From an uncultured Pseudomonadales bacterium (GTDB taxonomy: Bacteria; Patescibacteriota; Microgenomatia; UBA1400; MFAQ01), in assembly GCA_964357975.1 (NCBI GenBank), contig CAYHNG010000003.1:393-64392 (forward strand): a stretch of DNA of 64,000 nucleotides. Reading direction: 5' to 3'. The notes under the pieces are model-generated. The model was given only the letters and a program-made list of their open reading frames with translations, did no database searches and was not told where the DNA came from. Numbering within the stretch: position 1 is the stretch's first letter; each line of letters begins with the position of its first letter. The position numbers and the translations under genes were made by a program. Positions 48,141-58,500 of the stretch are shown piece by piece.

Positions 48141-49176
48141 TGACCTTTTCCATGACTTGTTGCTTAATCTTTTCGATGACTTGAGGCCGTTCGGCTAAAG
48201 CGGCTTTGGCTGATTCACGACCTTGTGCAAGCGTCTCACCTTCGTATTTGATAAAAGATCCGGCTTTTTCGAGCACGTTGTAAGCAATAGCCGTATCGAT
48301 GAGATCACCAAGCTTGCTTATGCCACCGATATTGAGAACGTCAAATTCGGCTGTTTTGAAAGGGGAGGCAACTTTGTTTTTGACTACTTTGGCACGGTGA
48401 CGGGAGCCAATGATTTCGTCGCCTTCTTGAATGTTGCCGATTTTGCGCATATCGATACGAATAGAGGCATAGAACTTAAGAGCCTTTCCGCCGGTGGTTA
48501 CTTCGGGGTTACCGAACATAACACCAATTTTTTCTCTTAATTGGTTGGTAAAAATGACGATACACTTACTTTTGGAAATCGCGCCGGTGATCTTGCGTAA
48601 AGCTTGACTCATCAGCCTGGCTTGGAGCCCCATGGAGGAGTCACCCATCTCGCCTTCGATTTCCGATTTGGGAACAAGAGCCGCTACAGAATCGATAACA
48701 ACAACGTCTACACCTCCGGAACGGATGAGAGTTTCGGCTATCTCTAAAGCCTGTTCACCGTTGTCCGGCTGAGACAAAAGAAGGCTATCGAGATCGACGC
48801 CGATGGATTTGGCCCGACTGGGATCCACGGCGTGCTCAGCGTCGATGAAGGCGGCGATGCCACCGGACTTTTGAGCTTCGGAAATGACGTGAAGGGCTAA
48901 AGTAGTCTTACCGGAGGCTTCCGGGCCATAAATCTCAATAATTCTACCCTTAGGGAAACCACCGACACCCAGTGCAAGATCTAAACTAATAGAGCCGGTC
49001 GAAATGACCGGAATTTTCTCGTCGACACGATCGGAACCCATGTGCATAATAGCTCCTTCACCAAACTGTTTGGTAATTTGCTGCATGGCAATTTTGACGG
49101 CGGTAAGACGGGCGTTGTTATCGGCCGGCTTGGCAACAGATTTTTCTTCTTTAATTTTCTTGGCTTTCTTTGGCAT
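48115..49176 (-). CDS. recA: Recombinase A
   Basis: [27 protein letters not shown]. Confidence 0.98.
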   Translation of the reverse strand: MPKKAKKIKEEKSVAKPADNNARLTAVKIAMQQITKQFGEGAIMHMGSDRVDEKIPVISTGSISLDLALGVGGFPKGRIIEIYGPEASGKTTLALHVISEAQKSGGIAAFIDAEHAVDPSRAKSIGVDLDSLLLSQPDNGEQALEIAETLIRSGGVDVVVIDSVAALVPKSEIEGEMGDSSMGLQARLMSQALRKITGAISKSKCIVIFTNQLREKIGVMFGNPEVTTGGKALKFYASIRIDMRKIGNIQEGDEIIGSRHRAKVVKNKVASPFKTAEFDVLNIGGISKLGDLIDTAIAYNVLEKAGSFIKYEGETLAQGRESAKAALAERPQVIEKIKQQVMEKVNAGIQPEK

Positions 49177-49266
49177 TTTCTTCGGGTATTTTGGTAACTA
49201 AAGTCATTATATATATTTGGGTTATTTTCGCAAGGGTTATACATGGTAAAATAAACAGGTTCGTTT

Positions 49267-49340
49267 CGGGGTATAGTATAACGGCAGTATGCGCGCATGG
49301 GGTGCGCGCGATCTCAGTTCAATTCTGAGTACCCCGACCA
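49267..49340 (+). tRNA. tRNA-Pro(GGG)
   Basis: Cloverleaf; anticodon arm CGCGC-ATGGGGT-GCGCG; T-loop TTCAATT; encoded CCA. Confidence 0.93.
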
Positions 49341-49355
49341 ATGGTTGACAGACTA

Positions 49356-49540
49356 TGGGGGTTCCTCAATTTTTAGTATAAGAGCTTGCTCCTTGCGATG
49401 CACATAACTACGCTATGTTGCTATCTCCGGTCCGCTTCCTCTTATTTCCGCTCATAACTTCGTTATGATGCTTGGAAATAACGGCAGTATGCGGGCATGG
49501 GGGCCGTAGGGCCCGGGATCGTCACTCGACACCCCAACCA
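49356..49540 (+). pseudogene. Decayed tRNA-Pro duplicate interrupted by repeat copy C
   Basis: TAGTATAA|insert|CGGCAGTATGCGGGCATGGGG...ACCCCAACCA matches the adjacent tRNA. Confidence 0.7.
49378..49481. repeat. ATAA-flanked structured dispersed repeat, copy C
   Basis: ATAAGAGCTTGCTC...CGCTTCCTCTTATTTCC...GGAAATAA. Confidence 0.8.
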
Positions 49541-49605
49541 TTCACAAAAACCCCGCCGGATAGCGGGATTTTCGTTGATTATTGCTCTATTGAAACCAAT
49601 TCCGA

Positions 49606-51054
49606 TTAAGGAGTTGGGGTGATGGAGATTACCGCAAGAACAGACAAGGGTATGGACTTGGTAGTTGATCCTCCATGATTATCAGTGACCGTCACCTGGA
49701 CGGTGTAGAGACCCGAAGTGGCTGGGGTTCCGGAGATATAGCAGGTGATTTTTCCGCCTCCGACAGGAACGGCACACGGACCACTAGTGAGTCCGAAAGG
49801 AAGTCCGGAAATCCCCATTATTAGGGAATCCGTAATATTTGGATCGGTGGCATCAATACTACCACCGTATGACTCGTTCACATAGCCTGAAGGCATTGAT
49901 GTGGTGATGATTCTAGGTGGCTGATTGTCTGAAGGTGTGGGAGTAGGGGTTATTGTCGGAGTGGGGGTGATTGTTGATGTGGGAGTTGGAGTTGGCTGAG
50001 AACCGACATACCCAAACACGATGGCCCAATCGTTAAAGTCGTAATCTGATGTGGGATCATTTTGAACCGGATCAGCCCAGCACTGGACATTAGCCTCATT
50101 GGCTCCAGATTTTATACCTGTAATACTGGCTGAATTTGCTTTGGCGTAATCAATCAACGCTTTTATGTCCCACAAAACTCCGCATTTATTTTGACCGGGA
50201 TTTTTCTTGGGTCCGCATTTAAATTGCTCCGCTGGAGGAATCCATCCTACTGCAGGCTTGGTAAGGGTAGATGGAGGAGGGGCCTTAAGAACCATTTTTA
50301 AGACGTATTCTTCCCCTGCCTTAACGTTAAAAGTCTTATCCATTTTTGATGGAGTGGTTAAAGCAGTAACATCAATATTGTAGGTTTTGGGCCCAGCTAA
50401 ATTTATCCGGCTGAGAGAGGCGACTCCGGCCCCCATTGAAAAGACTTGGACGGTGCCGTCCTTGGGAAATTTAACCTTAGTGGTTATCGGAGTGTCTCTC
50501 TGCGTGACATCGCAACCAGGTTTGTTTTCGACAAGCTGTGAGGCATGAAAATATGGCTCCTTAATGGTGCCTGTAGCGACTACCTGCTTGTTGATTAAGG
50601 GTTCGGCAAGAGTGCCAGAAACAACCAATGCTGTACAGATGCCTCCAGGTTTAAGAATTCGGTACCTGGATGGTGTTTTTGCTGGTGGGGTAGCTCCTGG
50701 GCATTTTGTCAGATCTGTGGTCCATTTGGTATTGGGGGCTGGACAACAAAAAGTCTTTTCCCCACAGGTCTCAACTCTTCCGGACGTGTTACACATACTA
50801 TCGATTGATATTCCGTAAGATGCCATTGGATTGCAGTCTCGGAGTACATTGTCCTTTCCCGGGCATTGCTGGACACATTTGGCACACAAAAGGACTCCAT
50901 CAGTCGCCCTAATTAGTTTTCCCACCAAAACGTTTGTGGAGGCACGACTTTGATCGTTGAAGTTACCTTTCTTGAGAAGCATTGCGACACCGAAAATGAC
51001 GACGAGACTAATTAACAACAGGAGGGCGGAGATAATTGTCTTTTGTTTTTTCAT
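49606..51054 (-). CDS. Cys-rich surface protein with PT linker and C-terminal Ig-like (He_PIG-type) domain
   Basis: N-terminal TM, TPTPT repeats, NQPP..GLP.GL..ISGTP..VTVTD. Confidence 0.75.
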   Translation of the reverse strand: MKKQKTIISALLLLISLVVIFGVAMLLKKGNFNDQSRASTNVLVGKLIRATDGVLLCAKCVQQCPGKDNVLRDCNPMASYGISIDSMCNTSGRVETCGEKTFCCPAPNTKWTTDLTKCPGATPPAKTPSRYRILKPGGICTALVVSGTLAEPLINKQVVATGTIKEPYFHASQLVENKPGCDVTQRDTPITTKVKFPKDGTVQVFSMGAGVASLSRINLAGPKTYNIDVTALTTPSKMDKTFNVKAGEEYVLKMVLKAPPPSTLTKPAVGWIPPAEQFKCGPKKNPGQNKCGVLWDIKALIDYAKANSASITGIKSGANEANVQCWADPVQNDPTSDYDFNDWAIVFGYVGSQPTPTPTSTITPTPTITPTPTPSDNQPPRIITTSMPSGYVNESYGGSIDATDPNITDSLIMGISGLPFGLTSGPCAVPVGGGKITCYISGTPATSGLYTVQVTVTDNHGGSTTKSIPLSVLAVISITPTP

Positions 51055-51159
51055 ACTCTAAACAAGATAATAACTCACAATAATTTCAGTATAGACATTC
51101 CGGTAGTGATTGCAAGTGATACAATGCGGGGGTACTTAAACTTTGACAAAGAGGTGAGC

Positions 51160-51564
51160 ATGGGAATACATCTGTGTAAGTATTGCCGATCCGAAGGAGA
51201 GACAAACAACCGTTTTCAACCCTCTTCTACGGGCGACGTGGAGATTCACATCGAAGTACACTCCCACGAATACAAATACGTGGTGCCGGATCTGATTCTG
51301 CACTATATGGCCGATCATGGATACTCCCCTTGTCCGGATTTTATAGACGCCGTATTGATGGGTGAAGTCTTTGAAGTAGTCAGAATGCAGACAAAGAGCG
51401 TGGCAATTGATGAAGACACTAACCTTCGCTGGTTTAGAGAACATGGATATACGCCAATAGGATATTTGACGGGCGACTATAACAAGGGCGAGATTCCTCC
51501 GGGTTTTTTGGAAAAACTTCAAGAGATAATGGAAGGCGCCGAAGGATGGCCTCTTAAGTATTAA
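51160..51564 (+). CDS. Hypothetical protein
   Basis: GAGGTG SD before MGIHLCKYC; PDLILHY..HGYSP motif; hairpin at 51570-51590. Confidence 0.65.
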   Translation: MGIHLCKYCRSEGETNNRFQPSSTGDVEIHIEVHSHEYKYVVPDLILHYMADHGYSPCPDFIDAVLMGEVFEVVRMQTKSVAIDEDTNLRWFREHGYTPIGYLTGDYNKGEIPPGFLEKLQEIMEGAEGWPLKY

Positions 51565-51591
51565 AGCTGACCGCCCCTGTTGGGGCGGTTA

Positions 51592-52740
51592 TTATTTTGC
51601 CGGGAGATAGGAAAGGAAGATTGACCCTAATCCTAGACACAAGAGGACGAAGGCGGAGAGAGGACCGATGACGGGGACCAAGAATAATAACCCTACCAAG
51701 ACAGTCCCTGCCAGTAGCGACCATCCCAGACCACCCGATTTCTTTTTGGTGGCTAGCTTGATGGCCCAGTCACCGATAAGAATAGTGGGGTAAATAGAGG
51801 CTAAGATTAGAGACAGAACATATTCCAGGAAAAGAACAAAGGCCAGAGGCGCCCCAATAACGCTGACAAGAAGAAGGAGGGTGACAATAGGAGTAAGAAT
51901 GAGAACGGCCAGCCCAATTAGTCCGGAAACAAAAGGTCTCTCGCCAATTAATTGCATGCGCTCCAACACTCTCGATCTGAGAAAATACAGCAAAGTTAGA
52001 CCTAACAACAAAGAAGAGATTGCCCAGAGTAGCCGACCCATTAATTTGGCGGCAAAAGTGACCTCCTTGACTTCTTTTTGGGGCAACTCTTTTCTCACAA
52101 CTTCGTGCTTTAAGATATTGCCTTTGACATTTTTTTGATTGACAGAAGCAGTACCGAGACTTTCCATGTAGTACTCGAAATCTCCACCGATCTTGGCGGG
52201 ATCAACTAAGGTTATTTTGCTGGCCGCTACCTTGGCATTTCTATTTAGCGTGCCGGAGATGGTGAGCTGATCGGCAGCACCAAGCAAGTCCCGACCAGAG
52301 GCACCTCTTAGATCCGCACTTTGGACACCAAAGAAGATATCTCCCTTAATGGAGGCAAACTTGGAAACTATCAAGTCTTGAGAGGCGGTGGTAACATTCC
52401 GACCCACCTGACCATTAATCTCGATAAACTGAGCCGCGATACGAACATTGCCCTCAACACGGCCATTTATTTTGACGGACTGCCCGGCGCATAACACATC
52501 GCCTTTAACATCCCCATTGACGACAATATCTTTCCCTGCACAAAAGAGGTCTCCGTTAATTTCCGAATCGACGGTGACACTTCCCGCAGCGATGATGGCT
52601 GTTTCGTTGATTTTTTTGTCTTTGGGAAGATCCAACTGATTGCCGGAGTAGAGATAAACGGCGTGCGCCGAAAAGACAAAAGAAAAAGAAAATAACAGGG
52701 CAGAAAGGAGAGTGGCCAAGAGGCGGTTGAAATATTTCAT
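51592..52740 (-). CDS. Bactofilin-like beta-helix repeat membrane protein
   Basis: Repeated INGxVxG units followed by several TM helices. Confidence 0.8.
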   Translation of the reverse strand: MKYFNRLLATLLSALLFSFSFVFSAHAVYLYSGNQLDLPKDKKINETAIIAAGSVTVDSEINGDLFCAGKDIVVNGDVKGDVLCAGQSVKINGRVEGNVRIAAQFIEINGQVGRNVTTASQDLIVSKFASIKGDIFFGVQSADLRGASGRDLLGAADQLTISGTLNRNAKVAASKITLVDPAKIGGDFEYYMESLGTASVNQKNVKGNILKHEVVRKELPQKEVKEVTFAAKLMGRLLWAISSLLLGLTLLYFLRSRVLERMQLIGERPFVSGLIGLAVLILTPIVTLLLLVSVIGAPLAFVLFLEYVLSLILASIYPTILIGDWAIKLATKKKSGGLGWSLLAGTVLVGLLFLVPVIGPLSAFVLLCLGLGSIFLSYLPAK

Positions 52741-52808
52741 ACTAACTATATGTATACCAATGTTTCCAAAATATGTAAAGTTAGGCGGTAATGAACTAGA
52801 ATAGAGAA

Positions 52809-53750
52809 ATGAAAATATTGGTAACCGGGGGAGCAGGCTTCTTGGGGTCTCATTTGTGCAAGAAACTGCTGAGTGAAAAACATAGGGTCATTTGTATAGA
52901 TAATTTTTATACCGGTAGAAAACAGAATATTGACGAGCTGACGACGGACACTAATTTTCAAATTATTGAAGGAGATATTACCAAACCACTTGATTTTGAG
53001 GAATTGGACAGAATATACAATTTGGCTTGTCCGGCATCTCCGCCTGCGTACCAAAAAGATCCGGTTTATACTTGGAGAACTTCCGTCTTGGGAATGAATA
53101 ATATGCTGGAGCTGTCCAGAAAAAATAATAATGTTCCGATACTTCAAGCATCAACATCAGAGATCTATGGGGATCCTCTGGAGCATCCTCAAAAAGAAAG
53201 TTACTGGGGAAACGTAAATCCTTGCGGTATCAGATCCTGTTATGACGAGGGAAAGAGGGCGGCCGAGACTATCTGCATGGATTTTTTTAGAAAGTATCAA
53301 ACTCCGGTTAGAGTGATTCGGATTTTTAACACCTATGGACCAAATATGGATCCCCAAGATGGCCGAGTGGTCAGCAATTTTATAATGGAGGCTCTGACTA
53401 ACCAAGATATTACTATCTATGGGGACGGTAGCCAAACCAGGAGCTTCCAGTTTGTGAGCGATCTAATTGAAGGCATGACGCGGATGATGGAAAACAAAGA
53501 AGGTTCTACCGGTCCGGTGAATCTTGGTAACCCTGTTGAATTTACCGTGAAACAACTAGCTGAGATAGTTTTGGAAATGATTCCGGAATCCACCAGTAAA
53601 ATAGTCTTCCGGCCGATACCGGGTGATGACCCTAAAGTTCGGAAACCGGATATCACTCTGGCACGAGAAAAACTTGGATGGGAGCCAAAAGTACCCTTGC
53701 GTGAAGGGCTCTTCAAAACAATTGAGTATTTTCGGAACCAGATTTTATAG
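52809..53750 (+). CDS. UDP-glucuronate decarboxylase-like SDR
   Basis: TGGAGFLG, LACPASP, STSEIYG, YDEGK, QTRSF. Confidence 0.92.
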   Translation: MKILVTGGAGFLGSHLCKKLLSEKHRVICIDNFYTGRKQNIDELTTDTNFQIIEGDITKPLDFEELDRIYNLACPASPPAYQKDPVYTWRTSVLGMNNMLELSRKNNNVPILQASTSEIYGDPLEHPQKESYWGNVNPCGIRSCYDEGKRAAETICMDFFRKYQTPVRVIRIFNTYGPNMDPQDGRVVSNFIMEALTNQDITIYGDGSQTRSFQFVSDLIEGMTRMMENKEGSTGPVNLGNPVEFTVKQLAEIVLEMIPESTSKIVFRPIPGDDPKVRKPDITLAREKLGWEPKVPLREGLFKTIEYFRNQIL

Positions 53751-55514
53751 AGGAGCGGGCTGGCCGTAGTCGAAAATTTTGATGGGAGTTTGTTCCTGAT
53801 TAACCAGTGTGTTGCCGGAGAAAACCAACTTGACCAGAAGGCCTTTCCTGGTTTCTTCCGACCACATTTGATCAAAAACTAAATTGCCAAGCGAATAATA
53901 AATTGGTTTTTCCTTGTATATTTCAACCTCCTGGACCCAGTGCGGGTGATGACCAATAACGACATCAGCACCCGAGTCAATAGCCAGGCGGGCAAGCTCC
54001 ACCTGATGAGATGTCCGCTGACGATACTCGTTCCCCCAATGGAAAGAGGCCACTACGATATTGGCTTGCGATTTGGCATAAGCTATTTGCCCGGAGATAT
54101 TTATTGGCCAAGACATGGCAACTTCCGTAAAATACGGAGGGGTGTCGTTAAACCCAAGAAAAGCAACTTTCGTCTTCCGAACATCTTTGATAACAAGTTT
54201 GCCCAAACCGATCGGAGTAATTTTATTTTGGTTAAGGAGCGAGAGTGTGAAATCAAACCCTTCTTTCCCCTGGTTACTTATATGGTTGTTGGCCAGATTA
54301 ACAATATCTATGCCGGCCAAAATTAAACCATCGACAGATCGAGGGTCGGCGCAAAAAAACATACCCGTATCGGTAGGCTGACAGTCCGAATTAAAGGGTG
54401 ATTCCAGGTTGACGATGGTCAGATCGGCCGTTGATAAAAGATTGGCTATTTTTCTAAAAGGCCAGGAGAAATCCCGATATTTGATCATTCTGGTGTTAAC
54501 AGATCGACCAAGCATGACATCACCGCCGAAGACGAGGGTGGTAGTGTTGATCTTAGATTTCAGATCTCGGATGTCCGCTGGGGAAGGAGATGTGTTTGGA
54601 TTTGCGATTTTTTTTCCGATAAGTAAGTAGTAAGAGGTAACTGATTCCGGGATATTGTTAAAAGAAAACGAATCGGTGTGAACCAAAATCTCTGAAGATA
54701 ATGATTTGGTTTGAATAATTTTCAAGGTGGATATCAGAGAGGCTGGAGAGTCCAAATATTCGGAGGATAGTTTTTCAATGACCGAATAATTATGGTCACG
54801 TATTAAACTCTCGGTCCGGGTATCCCGTTCGACTGCCTGGTCATGATTTAAGCCATGGGAAAAATCGATAGAAGCGATAACTACAACATGAGGCGAGGCC
54901 GAGATAAGTTGTTGAGAAAAACGCTCGAGTAAAATAGGATCGATATTTTTCTTTAAGGCAAAGGGGATAACTTTGGTGTTTGGCAAATAATAGGCCAGGA
55001 AGGGCATCAACCCGGCGAGTCCGTGTTCCGGTATAAGGGCACTGTCGTCCAAACACGCCGTTTCGTATTTGATAAACGAACTCTGCAGATCTTGATCCAC
55101 AAGTATTTGTCCAAATGGAGTATCCCAGCCATTAGAAGACGAAACGATGTCACACTGACCGATGTTGGCGTGATTCGGTGACAGAAGAATAATTGTCCGC
55201 GGTGGGTCTGCAGTTAGTAAGGAGATCCCCCTGGCGATAACGTTGGAGGCGGTTAAATGGTGAGGAATAACCAGAACAGAAGGAGACGAACCTTTGGGAA
55301 GATGGGGGTATTGGGAAATCGCGGGGAAAAAGGTCCTGTTATCGTAGGCAAAGTCGGTAGAAAAAGTGGGCGATACAGAGAGAGGTTTCCTCGATATGCC
55401 AAAAAAATATAAAAATGCCCCAAAAGTAAGGACAAGCAATATTATTCCTTTTATGTATCCAGATGGATTCCCGATCGGGTCGGGAATGACAAGGGACTGT
55501 TTGGCGATTTTCAT
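53745..55514 (-). CDS. Membrane-anchored MEMO1 (AmmeMemoRadiSam B)-CapA metallophosphatase fusion
   Basis: PHH, SPNH, TPFG, EHG, DFSH; then GDVML, NLE, LANNH, HWG, GHHPH, YSLGN. Confidence 0.85.
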   Translation of the reverse strand: MKIAKQSLVIPDPIGNPSGYIKGIILLVLTFGAFLYFFGISRKPLSVSPTFSTDFAYDNRTFFPAISQYPHLPKGSSPSVLVIPHHLTASNVIARGISLLTADPPRTIILLSPNHANIGQCDIVSSSNGWDTPFGQILVDQDLQSSFIKYETACLDDSALIPEHGLAGLMPFLAYYLPNTKVIPFALKKNIDPILLERFSQQLISASPHVVVIASIDFSHGLNHDQAVERDTRTESLIRDHNYSVIEKLSSEYLDSPASLISTLKIIQTKSLSSEILVHTDSFSFNNIPESVTSYYLLIGKKIANPNTSPSPADIRDLKSKINTTTLVFGGDVMLGRSVNTRMIKYRDFSWPFRKIANLLSTADLTIVNLESPFNSDCQPTDTGMFFCADPRSVDGLILAGIDIVNLANNHISNQGKEGFDFTLSLLNQNKITPIGLGKLVIKDVRKTKVAFLGFNDTPPYFTEVAMSWPINISGQIAYAKSQANIVVASFHWGNEYRQRTSHQVELARLAIDSGADVVIGHHPHWVQEVEIYKEKPIYYSLGNLVFDQMWSEETRKGLLVKLVFSGNTLVNQEQTPIKIFDYGQPAPL

Positions 55515-58500
55515 TTGATACTCACGGAGCCGGCAGGAGAAAGGTTGAAAACCGAAGGAGAGATAAGCGACTGAATGAGAGCACTCTCGGCACGGAACTT
55601 CCCGGCTGAAATCACCCGAGCATAGTAATTGATGGTTTTGTTTTCATCGCCTTTACCGACACAGAAACTTACTCTTTGACCATTTATTTCGTAGGGATAC
55701 CAGATATTGCCGGTATCAAGTCCATAACTATAAACACTGGCGATCGGTTTGAGTCCTGAAGGCAACAGATCCGTAACTTGATAACACCCGTCTTGAGAAA
55801 TGGTGGTGTGAGCTACCGGTAGCGAAATGCGCACCAAGTCGGCAGTGGCAAAATTGTTGGTGGAGGCGCCCCGGACAGAATAAGTTCTACCCAATTTTAC
55901 CGATGGGTCGACAACAGCTGTTTTTGGATCAAGTACCGAAGTATAAGAGGTGCTTAGGCCAATATCCCCATTTAGGTCACTAAAGGTAATCTCCGTCAGT
56001 TCTTTGGGTGAAAGTCCCAGCTTAAAGACCTGACCTTTCTCAAGTTTCTTTAATGTTTTTTTACCATTCAGAGTGTAGGTAAACGAAACCGGCTGTGGCT
56101 GAAGATTATCTATTTGATGAGAAATTGCCAACAATTGAGGTGAAACGAGAAGAAGATCTTTGCTCCTGTTAGACAAAGTGTAGGCGAGTAAGCTGTCCGC
56201 TTCCGGCTCTGCCAAGATGGCAGCGAGGGAGGAGGCAAGTGCAGTGGCATGAAGGTAGCTGTCTTTATCCGCTCCGATCTTCAAATAGGTTAGCGTGTCC
56301 TGCTTGACAGCAAATTCGGCGAGAAGAGTTCGATAGGTAAGGCGAGCTTTTTCGTTGTCTCCAAGTCCGGCCTGAGCAAGCCCCAAATACAGCCGTGATA
56401 ACGGTTCGAGGTGCTTTTCATCCGAAAGATTATTGGTAAGCAGTAAAACAGGTTCGTCTAAACTAGCCAGACCAAAGAGGGAGATTGCAGCAGTTTCCGT
56501 ATCTTTGGCTTGGGCTAATTGGCGATAGAAATAGTTGCCCAATCCGACGGTGTCCACTCTTTCTTTAGCCAAATTTGCAACAAAGGCCGAAAGCTCGATA
56601 TCCGCACCGGAGTAGGGAAAAAGGGCAAAACCGCCATCAGAAGTTTGGAAAGCGGTAAAGTCAAAGGCTTCGGGCTGGACTGAGCTGTCAAAAATTTTAG
56701 CGATAACGGACTGAGAAATATTCCTTGCCAAACGTTGATCTAGCCGATCCCCCCAGGTATAAGCCAAATTGGAGAGCGGAGGGAAGAAGCGACCCAGACT
56801 TTTGTCGGAAAAAATTAAGTCGGTGACGGAGTCGGCAGAACCTTCCGGCTTGGAGTCGGATGATAAGGTGGTATGGGTGGTTTTGACGATTTTAAGACGG
56901 GATCTGAGAACGGTAATCTTTTTAGTAATCTTGTCGGAAAGGATGCCGGAATTGCCTGATAAAACAATGTTGTGTGACCCTTCTTTTAGCTCTCCCAAAT
57001 CTACACCAGCACTTTCAAAAGCCTTCAAATTTAAGCTTTTATCCAGATTTAAAGTTGGCGACTGAATCCGAAGAGTGACCTGATCTCCCGGTGACAAACC
57101 TTCACCATAGGCACGGACGGAGATTTCCGGGCGCTCACCCATCAAATATTCGGTGTTCATAACCACATCAACAAAGAAGGGCTGCTTGACGACCAAGAGA
57201 TTGGAGCTGGCGCCTACTTTGAGGTCTCCAGTAACCCCTTGCGAGGTAATTCTCCAAGAGGTGAGATTGTCGGGAAGTTTGACGTCCAAGCCTGCACGAC
57301 CATCGCTTCCGGTTCGAACACTACCAAAGTAGGCATTGTCTACAAATAGCTCTCGGCCCTTTTCGTTGTGAACATAAAACCCATCAGCAAAGTAGGTGTT
57401 GTATTTTTCGACCGTAAAATTGAAGACAGTATTGATGCCGGAACGAGACTCGAGGGAATAAATTTTTTGATAAATTCCATGCGAGTCGAGGTAATAGTCT
57501 CCGACTTTGACCTCTCCCGCCGTCATGAAACGGCCGTTGATGTAAAGATTGTGTTCGGCGGTAACTCTGAGTCGATTGTTGATTAAATAATAACCTGAGA
57601 CTTGATGCCGGAATACCTGGATAACTTTGGCGCTAACTGATTTGGTTGAAGAGGGACTTTGGAGCGTTTTGATACTATCGCCAACAACGACATCTTCAAT
57701 GTTTTTGGTTTTGCCATTCCCCATGAGGATAGTGGTGCCAGGCAGGAAACAACCACCACCTTCGGCCCCGGAGATGTCAAGAGGATATTGGTGAGATTGA
57801 TACGAAACTAGAATGTCAGCGTCTAATGAAGAATAAATTCTAGTCAAGGGATCGACCGTTACCGGACTCATAGCGTTATACGCTTCGTCAAGAAAGCTAA
57901 TATTAACTTCTGCCGATGCCGGATTACCCTTTTGATCTTTGGAGAGGATGGAGAGTCTCACTGTATCTCCCGGAAGATATGACGACTTATCTTGGGTGAT
58001 ATCAAGAGAAAGTTTTTTACCGGAAGGGTCGAACATTAAATTCAAACTTTCCGAAACTTCATACGTTTGTCCGGTAAACCTAACGGCTCGAACGGAGATG
58101 TTGGGGATAAAGGCTTCGGAGAACCGGAAGTTGATACTTGGATCGTCCGAAATTTGATAGGATCTAATCCCTCGCTGAGCAAAGAGGTAAAGGAATTTGT
58201 CGGAATCGGTGGAGGGCATGGGAGTCTCACCGCGCATGACTTTTAGACTAACCGGTTCATCGACGGCATATCTATCATTACTTCCGGTTTTATCTGTTTT
58301 GAGAAAAACGTAGTTATTGTGGGGATAGCTGTCGGCAGATCCGGAAACATAAACGTCCTGAGTAGTAACACGGTTTTGATCATCTGCGGTACGAAAAATG
58401 ACGTTGTAAGATTTGCCTGCCGAAACCGGGAATTCGTAAACCGCCCGTCCATTGGAGTCTGTAGTGAGGGTGATATCGGCAATTTTGTTTTGGACGCGAT

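Noticed and set aside
57365-57751. Canonical splicing intein or homing element
   Set aside because: +1 residue is Glu rather than Cys/Ser/Thr and there is no endonuclease domain; treated as a BIL-type Hint domain.
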